From Mobula birostris (taxonomy: Eukaryota): a stretch of 64,000 nt of DNA. The position numbers were made by a program, and so were the translations under genes. Below are positions 1 to 12,139 of the stretch, one piece after another; within the stretch, counting starts at the first letter, position 1, and every line of letters begins with the position of its first letter. The notes under the pieces were generated by a model. It did not search any database and was not told the origin of the DNA. It worked only from the letters and a program-made list of their open reading frames with translations. Location: the NCBI RefSeq assembly GCF_030028105.1, contig NC_092393.1, forward strand, positions 52,896,125-52,960,124, read 5' to 3'.

Positions 1-39
1 ACCTTGATGGAATGCCATGCTTGGGAATTGCCATCTCTG

Positions 40-165
40 ACACCCTGAGGTCAATGAGTACTGTACTAAAGTGTTAGCCTGTATCTTGTACTCGAGTCTC
101 TGGGGTAGATTTTGAATCTGCAGTAGCCTGACTCATTAATGTGAGTGCTCCCAGTAGCACCGCAC
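40..165 (-). mobile_element. Old tRNA-derived (Deu/SacSINE-like) SINE head remnant
   Basis: ctcgagtctctggggtagattttgaatc…ctgactc…gagtgctccca resembles the reverse complement of a tRNA-SINE head. Confidence 0.35.
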
Positions 166-784
166 CACAACCTAACAGTTGCTGTGTGTATGGGGGAGAG
201 CCAGCTGTCTCGCCCACTGTTGCAGAGAAGGTGACATTATGGGGCTGTGCCTGCAGTAATCAGTCTGCTCTTCATTTAAAGTTTATATCTGTAAGAACTT
301 TAAAATTGTGAATAGTCATGATTTCACAAAAAGTTTGTACTTATGGAAATTATTACAAAAATCTAGATGGAATTGCTCTACAATGAATCACAATTTTCCA
401 TTTATTGAATCAAATTCCCCATTAATTTCTCTGTAAGAACATCTCTGCACAGAGTGAAACACAGGGTGGTGGCAATCTAGAGAAATGGAGTGAATGGGAA
501 ACACAAAATCGTATTAAAATTGATGGTTTCCCAATTCTTACCCACTGCTGATTTTAATTCCATTCTGTGAGGTTCAACAACTTTTCTAACTCTGTTCTCT
601 GATGTCATCAATTCTCTTTAATGAAAATATTTTTGAATCAGGGATGCAGAATAACAGAAGGATGTGAATATTTATGATTCTGTGCATCTTTTAAGAGGTA
701 ATTGATGGTGATGTCATCTTGGATTGTGGAGACGATCCCAGCTTTTCTCGATGCCCCAGTTGTTGGTTTGTATCCTGAATGTTA

Positions 785-1350
785 AACTCAAAGTTCAAAC
801 TACGTGTATTATCTAAGTATGTATACTATATACAACCCTGGGATTTGTCACCTTACAGGCAGCCATGAATCAAAGAAACTCACTAGGACCCATTTAAAAA
901 GAAGACTGTCAAGCACCCAATGTGCAGAAAAAAATCAAATCAATATAAGTAACTGAATAATATTCAGAACTGAAGTTCACAATAGTGAGTTCATTGCCAC
1001 GAAGCCAGTCACAGCCGATCCAGGAGCCCATTAGTTGCTGACCATGGCCTCTGTTCTGTGCAGTAATGAGTAAACCTTGCAAGCAGCAAGCTGAACACCA
1101 GCCCATTCCTCTCTTCCGGCCCTGACACCCTCATCTTTTTGATCTGGCCCGGCACTTAAATTGGACAGACTGTGGGTCTTTTTGCACTCTTGGACCCTGC
1201 TGCTTGATATGCCCTGAGATCAACTCCCTCGATTCGGCCCGTACCTGAGCTTTCCAGTCTGCCCTGGTGTCTAAATCGATCAAACGTCAGCTTGTTCCTC
1301 ACTCTCGACCCAGGGCCCTCCACCTCTCCCCTGAGTGATTTAAATGAATT
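785..1350 (-). mobile_element. Non-autonomous LINE-derived element (Rex1/L2-type 3' tail plus GC-rich body)
   Basis: Starts with aagttcaaa tail repeats; 790-1010 is homologous to 40431-40576 plus 41063-41146. Confidence 0.5.
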
Positions 1351-1357
1351 CAAGATT

Positions 1358-1858
1358 ATATGCTAGGCGGACACTTTATTAGGTGCAGGAGCAGAATGCA
1401 GTGTGTTCTTCTGCTGCTGTAGCCTATCCACTTAAAGGTTTGATGTATCTGCTTTCAGAGATGCTTTTCTGCACATCATTGTTGTAACGGGTAGTTATTT
1501 GAGTTACTGTCACTTACTTCTCAGCTTGAACCAGTGTAGCCATTCCAAGCTGACATCTTTTATTAACAAGATGTTTTTGTCCACAGAAATGCCACTCACT
1601 GCATGTATTTTTTTTTGTTTTTCGCACCATCCTCTGTAAATTCTAGAGACTATTGTGCATGAAAATCCCAAGATGGTCTGGTGCCAACAATCATTCCACG
1701 GTCAAGATCACTTAGATCACATTGCCTCCCCATTCTGATGATTGGTCTGAACAACTGAACCTCTTGACCATGTCTGCATGCTTTTATGCATCGAGTTGCT
1801 GCCACATGACATTAACGAGCAGGAGTACAGATATACCGAATAAAGTGGCTGCTGAGTG
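1358..1858 (-). mobile_element. Internally deleted Tc1/mariner element
   Basis: Ends cactttattagg…/…taaagtggctgctgagtg-TA; interior is the reverse complement of the copies at 6155 and 40356. Confidence 0.8.
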
Positions 1859-2299
1859 TATACATTAGCCAACAGTAGGCATCAAGATGGGGAAAGTAGC
1901 TAACTCTTCTTATTCCAGGTTCCATAACCACACAAAACATTTCATTAATAAACTCATTGTCCATAACCTTTAAAAAAGGGTGTCAGAGAGAAAAAGAGCA
2001 ACGGCTAAACACAGCTAAGTTCCCAAAGCAAATCTAATCATAAAAGCCTGAAACGAACCACAAATTAAGATTGAGGTCAGAATAATTAGTATTCATAATA
2101 AATGGCTGATTGATTTCCCAATGTTTTCATAAAAATGTCCACAATCAGCAGTGAATACCCAGTTAAGAGAAGTGATCTTGGGGTTCCAGAACAGCTCAAA
2201 AGGGCTCAAGATGATCTTATTTCTCCGAGACGAATGATATTTTATCCAAGAATATCAAGCAAGACTGAGGATGTAACTTATGTGTAGCTGACCCACTGG

Positions 2300-2520
2300 G
2301 TCATTTGGTTTGGTGGTGACCCACTTTTCTTTCAGTTGAGAAATTGTGGGATTAACTCACTCCAAAGATTCGAGCAAATAATCTAGCCAACACTAAGGAA
2401 ATATGAAGCATGTCATGAGATAAAATATTAAACCAAGGACCCATCTACTCTCAGATGGGTAAAGATCAGATGAATAGGGGAGTTCTCCCATCCTCTTCAA
2501 CACTTCTCCCCCATTTAAGT
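2300..2520 (+). mobile_element. Degenerate Deu-domain SINE (SacSINE/AmnSINE-like)
   Basis: gagataaaatattaaaccaaggacccatctactctcagatgggtaaagatc…ggggagttctccc resembles the Deu core. Confidence 0.5.
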
Positions 2521-2655
2521 GATCATGCATTTTGTTCAATTGCCTTTCTTTGTTAGACTGTCATATATGAATTAACTAACTCATTTCGCAATCTTACAAT
2601 TTAAAAAAAATCTGTATTTCCTAATACCAGTTGAAGTACTACAAAGTCAATGCAG

Positions 2656-2883
2656 CAAATCATAAACACAAGAGATTCTGTAGATGCTGGAAATCCAGAG
2701 TTACATAAAAAGGGTTGGAGGAACTCAGCAGATCAGGCAGCATCTATAGAGACAAATAAACAGTCGATGTTTCATACCGAAACTCTTCTTCAGGACTGGA
2801 AAGGAAGTGGGAAGATGTATCCATTCCTCTCCATAGATACTGTCTGACCTGCTGAGTTCCTCCAGTATTTTGTGTGTGTTTCT
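2656..2883. mobile_element. Penelope-derived hairpin element with degenerate hammerhead (2761-2798, -)
   Basis: Inverted arms ggaggaactcagcagatcaggcagcatctat / atagatactgtctgacctgctgagttcctcc; flanked by aaagtcaatgcag / aaagtcagtgcag. Confidence 0.8.
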
Positions 2884-3974
2884 AAAGTCAGTGCAGTTGC
2901 TATATGATGTAAGTTTGTTCTTAGTTACTGCTCATTGGAATAAAATCAGGCTGCAGGTGAAGAAATGTAATAATCTTTCACTAAATGAAACAATGTTAAC
3001 TCCCAAACCATAATTCTCACTATCAATGTGATAACACAATATACTTTCTTCACAGAGGTAAACCTGAAGAAAATCCATACAGATTCAGTTTTATTGAACA
3101 TATCTTCATACTGAAATGCACCATTTGCCTTTTCAACCACAACCTGAGGACATGCTGTGAGCAAGTGTCGCCACACATTCCAGCGCCAACCGGCACATGC
3201 CCACAATGTTCAGCAGAGCAACAACAAAACAGGATGACAGCAAAACGAGCCCCTTACACACGCACATGCACACAAACACCCGCCCCCACAATCTAGGACA
3301 GGCCATCACCGGCCCTTCAGTCAATCATAACCTATTAAATGAGCAATCAGAATAGGAAGAAGATTCTGTCTACCTAATCTCCTTGACTGTCGAGAAGAGG
3401 ACTGTGAAAATACATCAGACACGCTATTTTGAGAGTTTCCAGAAAAATATTTGGTTAAACTGTCAGTTAAACCCAGTCTTTTGGAGATTCAGGGTAAATC
3501 TTGAAAATGGGCACCAATTTGACAGAAGAACGGCAGCCAACAAGTCCTCAAGGGCATTATATGGTGTGGAAAGGAAATGCTGAGTGGGAATTCATGTGGG
3601 TAATGCAGCTTCTAAATTAACAACTTGGATCAAAAAGTGGATGGCACAGTTACCATCAGCTCTTTCATCGATGACTATCAAAAACGTCAATGTTAATTGT
3701 GCAGTGTTCAATTCCAGATAGTAAATTGGGCCATATGTCTGGCTGGACTCGGGGTGCTTGAGGGGGTGTGCAGCACAGCGTGGAGATACTGTGCTTTGGC
3801 TAGAAAGTGGCAAATGCCATCAAATACCATTCACTCATGGCACAGAAGTGTCTTCAAAAAGTGACAGTCTATTGGCATTCAGTGAGATTGCCACCCATTG
3901 AATACAATAGATGGTAATCTCATTGAATGCTAAGTCTCTCAACAACTATTTCCAAGTGATCAATGTTGGCAAAA

Positions 3975-4690
3975 TATAGAACAGTGTACTACAATATCTG
4001 TACTGCTTGGGAACAGGCCTTTGGCCCACAATGTCTGTGCTGACCAGGGTGCCAAATTACTCCCACTTTTCTGCACAATGCCTGTATTCCTTAATTCCCA
4101 GCTTGTTCACTTGCCTGACTAAATTCCTCTTAAAGATTGCTGCCGTACTTTGTCCATCTCCTCTGGCAGTGTGTTGCAAGCACTTGGTACTCTCTGTATA
4201 AAAGAGGAAACGTCTTATAAAGCTCCTTTAAATGTCCCCCCCCCACCTTAAAGCCCTTTAGTATTTGAAAGATCTTGTCGATCAACCTTATCTGTGCCTC
4301 ACCAGTTTTTATATACCTCCACCAGGTTGCCCTTCAGCTCCATTTGTCCAGAGAAAACAATCTGAGTTAGTCCAACCTCTCCTTAATGCTTGTACTTTTT
4401 GATCTAGGCGCCATCGTTGCCTTGCTGCTGCTTGTGCGTGGGAGGGGGAGTTGTGGGGAGGGGCCTTGGGGTTCTAACGTTTAAACTGTCATTCATTCTT
4501 TAGGGCACTCCTCTGTTTTCGTGGATGTCTGCAAAGAAAAAGAATTTCAGTATGCATATTGTATACATTTTTTGACATTAGATGCACATATTGAACCTAT
4601 CCTGGAGAACCTGTTCTGCGTCCTCTCCAAATCGTTCAAATCTTTCCCATAATGTGACTATCACAGTTGCTCCAATCAGTCCATCTCTGT
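3975..4690 (-). mobile_element. CR1 LINE 3' fragment, interrupted at about 4410-4600 by a LINE-tail element
   Basis: atagaacagt…acaggcctttggcccacaatgtctgtgctgacc CR1 tail and RT-end motifs. Confidence 0.6.
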
Positions 4691-5129
4691 AAATACTGGA
4701 TGTCAGAGTTAGGCAGTGAGTGTTGAGTAACTCATTTACTGATAATATCACCATACCCATCCTGACCCTAAATCTTCAATAGGTTTTTTTTTACAGATAT
4801 CAGCCAGAGGGTGGACAGTTGTAGCAGGAGATAGTGAATTCTTGGTTCTGTAGCACAGGGAGAGGGGGATGTAGCAGAGAGATTAAGGAGGCCCCTGCAG
4901 GGTTAGTACCAGGCAGTGAAAGTCTGCAATGGGCCCATCTGACCTGAGCCACAAACTGCAGGCTAAAGTGAACCTATGCCTGGTTACTGGCCTAGCAAAG
5001 ACTTCATAAAATTCCAGCATGGAAGGTACCTGTGAGGTAAAAGTGAAAATGCACACTGCTCAGATAAGGTTTAGAGATAATGGAGGAAAGATAGGGTAAG
5101 AAATAATTTAAGTATTATGAATACTTTGA

Positions 5130-5335
5130 ATCCGCCACATTCTCCCTCTGACCATGTGGGTTTCCTCCGGGTGCTCTGGTTTCCTCCCACAGTCCAAAGT
5201 CGTACCAGTTGGTTGTTTAATTGATCATTGTAAGTTGTCCCATGATTAGGCTATTATTAAAAAGAATCGGGGGATTGCTGTGCTGCATGGCTTAAAGGGC
5301 AGGAAGGGCCTACTCTGCAATGCATCTCAATAAAT
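5130..5335 (+). mobile_element. V-SINE (HE1-like) partial
   Basis: V-domain gtgggtttcctccgggtgctctggtttcctcccacagtccaaag. Confidence 0.75.
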
Positions 5336-6154
5336 GAATGTCTGTTTTCAGGCGGGAACTCCCCTGTTGATATCAGTTTGTAACAAAGAGAAAGTTTGTT
5401 CTGAATGCAAACCTTAGACTCTGTACATATTCTGTCTGCCTACAATGGTGGAATATTCTCTTCTGCTTGCTTGGATGACAATAGTTTTAGCAAGGCTTGA
5501 GAAGCTTGACAGAACTTGAGACAAAGCAGCCTGCTTCATTGTTACCCACTGCCCCTCCGATATGACTACACATATGCCATCGAAATGATAAAGCTCACCA
5601 AGGCTTTTTCCAAGAGTTCCTCACAAAGCTGTAGATTATAGGGCATCTTGCTTCGATATGAATCATGTTTCCTCCAATGATGCTGGGCAAACTCTTGGAA
5701 TTATTTACAGCCTTGTAGTGGTTCAGTGATATGGGTAGGAACCAGCACTTTAAGGTGGTTCATAAATATTGGTCTTGCCAACAACAAATGCAGTCTATTT
5801 ATAAATAATGAAAACTTACTGGTTTGTTACATTAGAGCAGTTTAAACCATTGCTTTCCAACTCTAGATCTGAGGTTTTCCCAGAATAGAGCATAAAACAC
5901 TATATCACAGTACAGGCCCCTTTCACCCACAAGGTGTACTGACCTTATAAACTACTCTTAAGATCAATCTATGTATGCTAATAAAAATATTCAAAGCATC
6001 CCAAAGCTCCCCATTAGTCCAAAAGAGCTTCACGTGTCAGCCCTTTGGTAGAACTATCCAATTAGTTCCACAGCTCTTCTTTTGTACTTATTCAGTTTTG
6101 TTTTCAATGTTATTGGTAAATCTATCTCCTCCACCCTTTTAAATTGTCCATTCT

Positions 6155-6665
6155 ACATTTAGTGTCCACCTTATTAGTTATACCCGTACACCTGCATGTT
6201 AATGCAAATATCCAAACAGCTAATCATGTGGCAGCAACTCAGTGCCTAACAGAATGCAGACATGGTCAAAATGTTCAGTCGTTATTCAAATCAAATGTGA
6301 TTTGACCATGGAATGATTGTTGGAGCCAGACGGGATGGTTTGAGTATATCAGAAACTGCAGATCCACTGGGATTTTCACGCACAATAGTCTCTAGAGTTT
6401 ACAGAGAATGGTGAAAGAATGAAAGAAAAATCCAGTGAGTTACAGTCTGTGGAAGAAAATGCCTTGTTAATGAGAGAGGTCAGAGGAGAATGGCCAGACT
6501 GGTTCAAGCTGACAGGAAGGTGACAGTAACTCAAATAACCATGCATTCCAACAGTGGTGTGCAAAAGAGCATCTCTCAATGCACAACACGTCAAACCTTG
6601 AAGTGGATGGGCTACAGCAGCAGAAGCCCACGAATATACACAAGGTGGTCGCTTTATTGGGTACA
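6155..6665 (+). mobile_element. Internally deleted Tc1 element with transposase HTH remnant
   Basis: ORF 6490-6687 MARLVQADRKVTVTQIT…SISQCTTRQTLKWMGYSSR is Tc1/Tc3-type DNA-binding region; TIR-like ends. Confidence 0.8.
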
Positions 6666-7882
6666 TGTATCACAGTGTTTACACTAGAGGAAAGATCCCT
6701 CCTCTTGCTTCCAACAATTTACTTATTACCTTTAAATCTATGTCTTTTGGTTATTTACTCTTCTACCACTCAGAACAACTTGTTGCTTTCAGTTTGATTT
6801 CTAACTTATGTAATTATGCTTAGATACCAGGTAATCTTTCTTTATTTTATTTATGTTATGCTTAATTCTAGGTTTCTGTCAGAGGTCCAGGTCTTGCACA
6901 AGCTCTGTTTTACATTACCTTATTCTAGAACTTTTATTCTGAAGTTTGCTTTTCGTTCCAGGTTCTCTGGTCATTTCATATCAGATGCATATCTTGCCAT
7001 CTGGCTTTCCAGAGCCTGTCTTCCAGCCACATTGATCTTGCTGTCTTTCTAGATTATACAGCTTCCAAGCTTTCAAAGGGAAATCAGTACTGACGAATGA
7101 TTTCTCTTTGACTCCTGCAACCTCCTTCATCTCTTGCCAGGAATCTGGATTGCCACCTCTTATTGAAATAATCTCAGAACCAACTTTTGCCAAGTTAAAA
7201 GTGTTATATTTATTTTGAGCCCAGGGAATTTGTCCAGTTGATTATTTGACAAGGAGAACCATACCTGAACAGTGGGGTGAATCAGAATTCGGTTTTATTA
7301 TTGCTGTCTTATGAGGTGAAATGTGTTGCTTTGCGCTAGCAATATAGTGCAAAAGAAAAATAATGAGGTGTTGTTCTTAAAACATAAAACAGTACAGCAG
7401 TTTGGCCCTTCAGCCCATGATATTGGAACTAACTTGTAACTTATTCTAAGATCAGTCTGACCTTTCATATACTTCATATACGTAACCTTTCATAGCCCTC
7501 ATATACCTATCTAAGAGTTCCTTAAGTGCCTTATGGTCTTATTGAGAATCCCAGGTGTATGGGTTGAGTGGGATCTAAGATCAGCAATGATGGAATGGTG
7601 GAGCAGACCTCGATGGGCTGAATGGCCTAATCCTGCTCCTATATCTTATGGTCCCTAATGTATTGGCCTCTACCATCACCAATCACAGGACGTTCCACAC
7701 ACCCACTACTCCCTATTGAAAAAAACATAGCCCTGACACTTTTCTCCAATCACCTTAATATGAGCCATTTCCACCCTGGGGAAAAGACGCGGGCTAAATG
7801 GGTTCATAGGTTCATAGACTCTGCAACTAAGCTTTAAAGGTCAAGAGGCTTTTTTTTTATATCAAATCATTTGGTGACTTAG

Positions 7883-8130
7883 GGGTAGTACAGTGGGTCA
7901 GCTGATAGAGCTATTGGGTCACAGCTCCAGCAACCTGGGTTCAATCTTGACCTCCGATGCTGTCTGTGTGGAGTTTGCTCATTCTCTATGTAGCCAACGG
8001 TGTTTTATATCAGTGCACTGGTTCCTCCCAAAGATATTCGCATTGGTAAGTTGGTTTTCCACTCTCCATGTGAAATTAATGTGGATGCACTATCTTCTCA
8101 TGCTCCTACATGTGGATGAGCAATAGAATC
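7883..8130 (+). mobile_element. V-SINE with tRNA head
   Basis: B-box gggttcaatc followed by gtctgtgtggagtttgc V-domain. Confidence 0.75.
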
Positions 8131-9774
8131 TGAGGTCGATGAGGGACTAGGTATACTTAAAGTGGAGTTATTAGGTTCTTGATTTGTAAGGGTGTCAAAT
8201 ATTACGGGGAGAAGGCAGGAGAGTAGGGTTGAGGGGGACAAAGAATCAGCCGTGATGGAATGATAGAGCAAGCACTTTGGGCAAATGGCCTAATTCTGCT
8301 TCTACAGTTTGTATTATGATTCTATGGACTGTAGGGAGAGTAAAATAGAATTAGCATAGGATTAGTGTATGTAAATATTAAATAGCCTGGACTTGGTGAT
8401 TCAAACAGCCTGATTCTTTGCTGAGTTATTCTATCTATCCTTTTTCCAAGACAGCAGTGTGATAATGTGCTAATAATCTGCTTAGAAATACTGACCAGGT
8501 TTGTAATTGAACTGATTGACATGAATGCTATTTGCAAGATTCTTTTAATGACGCACAATATACAGATTCCTGTATGAGGCTGGATTAATAAGAGTTAACT
8601 GATGGTTATGCAGTCCCTTTGACTGGTATTGCAATTAACTATCAAGATCCTAGGAGCAGCAAGGGAATGGCAGTCCACACGAGCAATGCATTTAATATCC
8701 ATCTCCATTTCAGCTTCATTCTGTCTTCCTGATTTTACCATAATTTTGACTGTTGTGGACTTGAATTTCAAGTGCAGTTTGGGGGAAATGGGCAGATTCC
8801 CTATTTCTGATCACCTTTGACTCTTGCTGGAATGCATGCATTTGTAGAATCATGGAATGATAGCTTCTTAGAAAAGAGGCAATTTGACTCAATTTGCCCA
8901 TGCTGTCTCAATTAGTGACACAGTGGTGTCATGGTTAGCATAACACTATTACTGCGCCAGAGTCTCGAGTTCAACGCTGCCGCTCACTCTTCATCTTTTA
9001 TTGGTGCTGTTTTACATATTTATATGACTGCTTGTTTTAGTATAATAATGCCAGTAACATTATACTGTCTTACATAAACATGCAGCTCGTACTTTTTGTC
9101 AACCTGACAAACTTCACACCATGTCACTCAGGGACCTGTGCTAATATTTATTCTGTGACTGTATGTGCTGGATTGTAACGATATGTGCTGTGTGTGACTC
9201 GATATTGTGTTTGGCAAATTCTTTCCAGAGGAACGATGTTTCATTTAGCTGTATGCTGCGGTTGACTGGCCATAAGCTTGAACTTAAATTCATAGCGAGG
9301 GCTGGGGAAATACAGATTGTCCAATAAGGGGAAGCCGGAGATTTCTGAATGGCTCATGAACTGTACTTCAATATTCATTTTACTGCATTTTGCTGTAATT
9401 TACTGTAATTTTATGTCCTTGCACTGTAAGTCAGTATCCATAATGGAGCTGACTGATGTTCTTTTCAATTTCCTCTACCTTCAACAAGATTCCGCCACCA
9501 AAGCAGTGATTTTGATCCACGGCTGATGGAGCCCTTGACTGTACCTTGGTGCATCTCTGTCCTGAAACCCTCTCCTATACAGAACAAGGAGTGGATTCTC
9601 ACTTCGGCCAAATAGCCTAATCTGCTGACATCTCAGTATTTGAATTTTTAGATTTTCTTTCATAGTAATTTATGGAAATTTTATGTCCTGGCACTATAAT
9701 TTTATGTCCTGGTTGTAATACTCATTTATGTGAACTATCAGTTGCAATCTGAATTCCTTTAAAAAGCACTGTAT

Positions 9775-10073
9775 GTTGTGAACCTCCAATCTTGTAGGGT
9801 TTGGAGGCTTGGGTGTCTCAATGACTCAGAGAGCTATGCTGGCTGGAGTCAAGACCCTGTGCTTTGGCTCTTGGTAGGGTCACCCATGCCAGACAGATCA
9901 AAGGGTAGAGGCCAGACTAAGAGTGGTCCACCAGTCCTCCAGGTTCAGTTCAGGGCTAACAACCCTAACAGGTCAAAAAAGAATTGTTATGGAAACAGCA
10001 ATGAAGAATCCTACACAGAGATGGAAGACCTTCATTGCTGCCCTAAACGCCAGAGGCGTAACGGCCAGTAAGT
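9775..10073 (+). mobile_element. Bipartite non-autonomous RTE element (5' region fused to RTE 3' end)
   Basis: 3' part atggaagaccttcattgctgccctaaac…agtaagta matches the RTE end at 23755-23812; second copy at 25202-25455 (-). Confidence 0.7.
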
Positions 10074-11714
10074 ATGTTGTGAAATTTATTGTTTTGATGC
10101 AGCAATACATTCATACATAATAAGGAAAGCTGTAAATTACAATAAGTGTGAATATACTATATACTTAATTTATTATATTAAATAAGTAGTGCACAAAAAG
10201 GGGAAAATATAGTAGGTAGTGTTCATGGGTTCATTGTCCATTCAAAGATATGATGCATTGACTACATCATATGCCTCAATTATCAAATAAGAGCATCAAG
10301 CTCAGTTGTGATGGCCCCCCACTGTCGAGTAACTGATCAATGCCTACTGTCAGGATTTTTAGATGAAGTATCCATTTTGATTTGTTCTCTTAACAGTCAC
10401 AGTGAACCTAGTTGAGATCAACTTTTTCAGAGTTGGACTAAAGGTAAGCATCTTAAAAGATTAAGATTAGCTCTACCTGTCACATGTACAAATTAGGGGC
10501 ATTTAAGAATTTGTTAGATGAATGATAGAAAAACGGAGTGTTATGTAGGAGGGAAGGGTTGATCATAGAATAGGTTAAAAGGTCAGTACAACATTGTGGG
10601 CCAGAGAGCTTGTACCACGCTACAATATTCTATGTACTACTTATTGAAATATCAGAAACACACAGTGAGATGGTTGTGATTTCCAAGGATGTGCTGGGGT
10701 AGCCCACAACATAGCATGCCCGAAACTTAGTAACCGGATGAAACATAAGAGGAAACCCATGCAGTCACTGAGAGTGCATGCTAACCTCTTTACAGGCAGT
10801 GGTGGGAGTCGAACCCAGGTCACTGCTGCGGTACTGTGTGCTGCCGTTAGTGCTATATTAGAAAGGCTTTTTTATCCAAAATTGTCCCTTTTATTTTTTG
10901 CAGAGAGTGTAGAGGCTGAAGGTCTGCAAAAATGTATATCAAATCTGCACAATTCTACAGCTGATCCTGTGTTAGTCTTTTCGTATGTGAAGATTTATTT
11001 TCATTGCATCAGGATAAATTTCTGAGACCACATGTAGCGGTCTTAGAAATATAAAAGAGTTGTAGAACACCATAAATGCAAATTTTCATCATGTTGGTGA
11101 TACTGCCCTCTTAAAACCTGCTTTCTTTTACATAAGAATGTGAAGTTTACAAGGGCATAACATTAGTCTGCTGTGTGTCTTTCTTATGTAAACACACTGC
11201 ATTATCAAACAGAAATCTTTCATTTTTTTCATTATGTAACTGTTTTAAATATTCAGCTGCTACACCATGGGAAACCTAAAAACTGCATAATTCATCATTT
11301 TGACAATCTTTCACACTTAACAAGCCAACCATCATGTAAATAAGATGCTTTTGCTAAGTATTCATATGTAGGGGTGTAAGGTTCTTTTTCCCTGCTCAGT
11401 ACAATAATGAATTTAATTGCTTTCTCTCTAGACAGATGAAAGTTGATCCATTTATGATAATAGGTATGATTGATTGACAGCCATTTGAATATGGATTAGT
11501 GTTTCAGAAATCCTGCTGTGTGCTGCATTATTCTGTGCCAGTTGATGGTTGTGACATTGCAGTGCTGGCTGTGGTAAAGCTGCGACTCATTTCCCAGTCT
11601 TTTTTTTTTGCAATATGCTCAATTCTAGTGCATGGTGCAGGTTTCCTTATCTCAGAAGTCACTGGATCCAATTTAAACTCTTAAACACTGGCCAACCTGT
11701 TCCTGCGGGTCATA

Positions 11715-12110
11715 GTCAAAGAGAAGTACAGCTCAGAGACAGGTCCTTTGGCCCATTCAGTCCATGCCAAAATAATTTAAACTGCCTACTCCAGTCGACC
11801 TGCACTGGGACCACAGCCCATCATACCCCTAACCACCCATGTATCTATCCAAACTTAACTTAAACCTCGAAATCGAGCTTGCATGCACCACTTGTGCTGA
11901 CAGCTCATTCCACGTTCTCACAACCTACTGAGTGAAGTAGCTTCCCCTCATGTTCCCCTTAAACATTTCACCGTTAACCCATGACCTCTGGTTGTAGTCC
12001 TACCCAACCTCAGTGGAAAAGCCTGCTTGCATTTACCCTATCTATACACCTCATAATTTTATATACCTCTATAAAATCTGATCTCAGTCTTCTACATTCC
12101 AAGGAAAACA
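11715..12110 (-). mobile_element. CR1 LINE 3' fragment
   Basis: Typical CR1 3' end motifs (acaggtcctttggccc, cctctggttgtagtc, tttatatacctctataaaatc). Confidence 0.65.
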
Positions 12111-12139
12111 GAAACTGTGTCGCTGTATTTTTTTAAAAT

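Noticed and set aside
7883-7960. tRNA genes at SINE heads (also near 8915 and 53612)
   Set aside because: A/B-box remnants run directly into SINE bodies; no full cloverleaf
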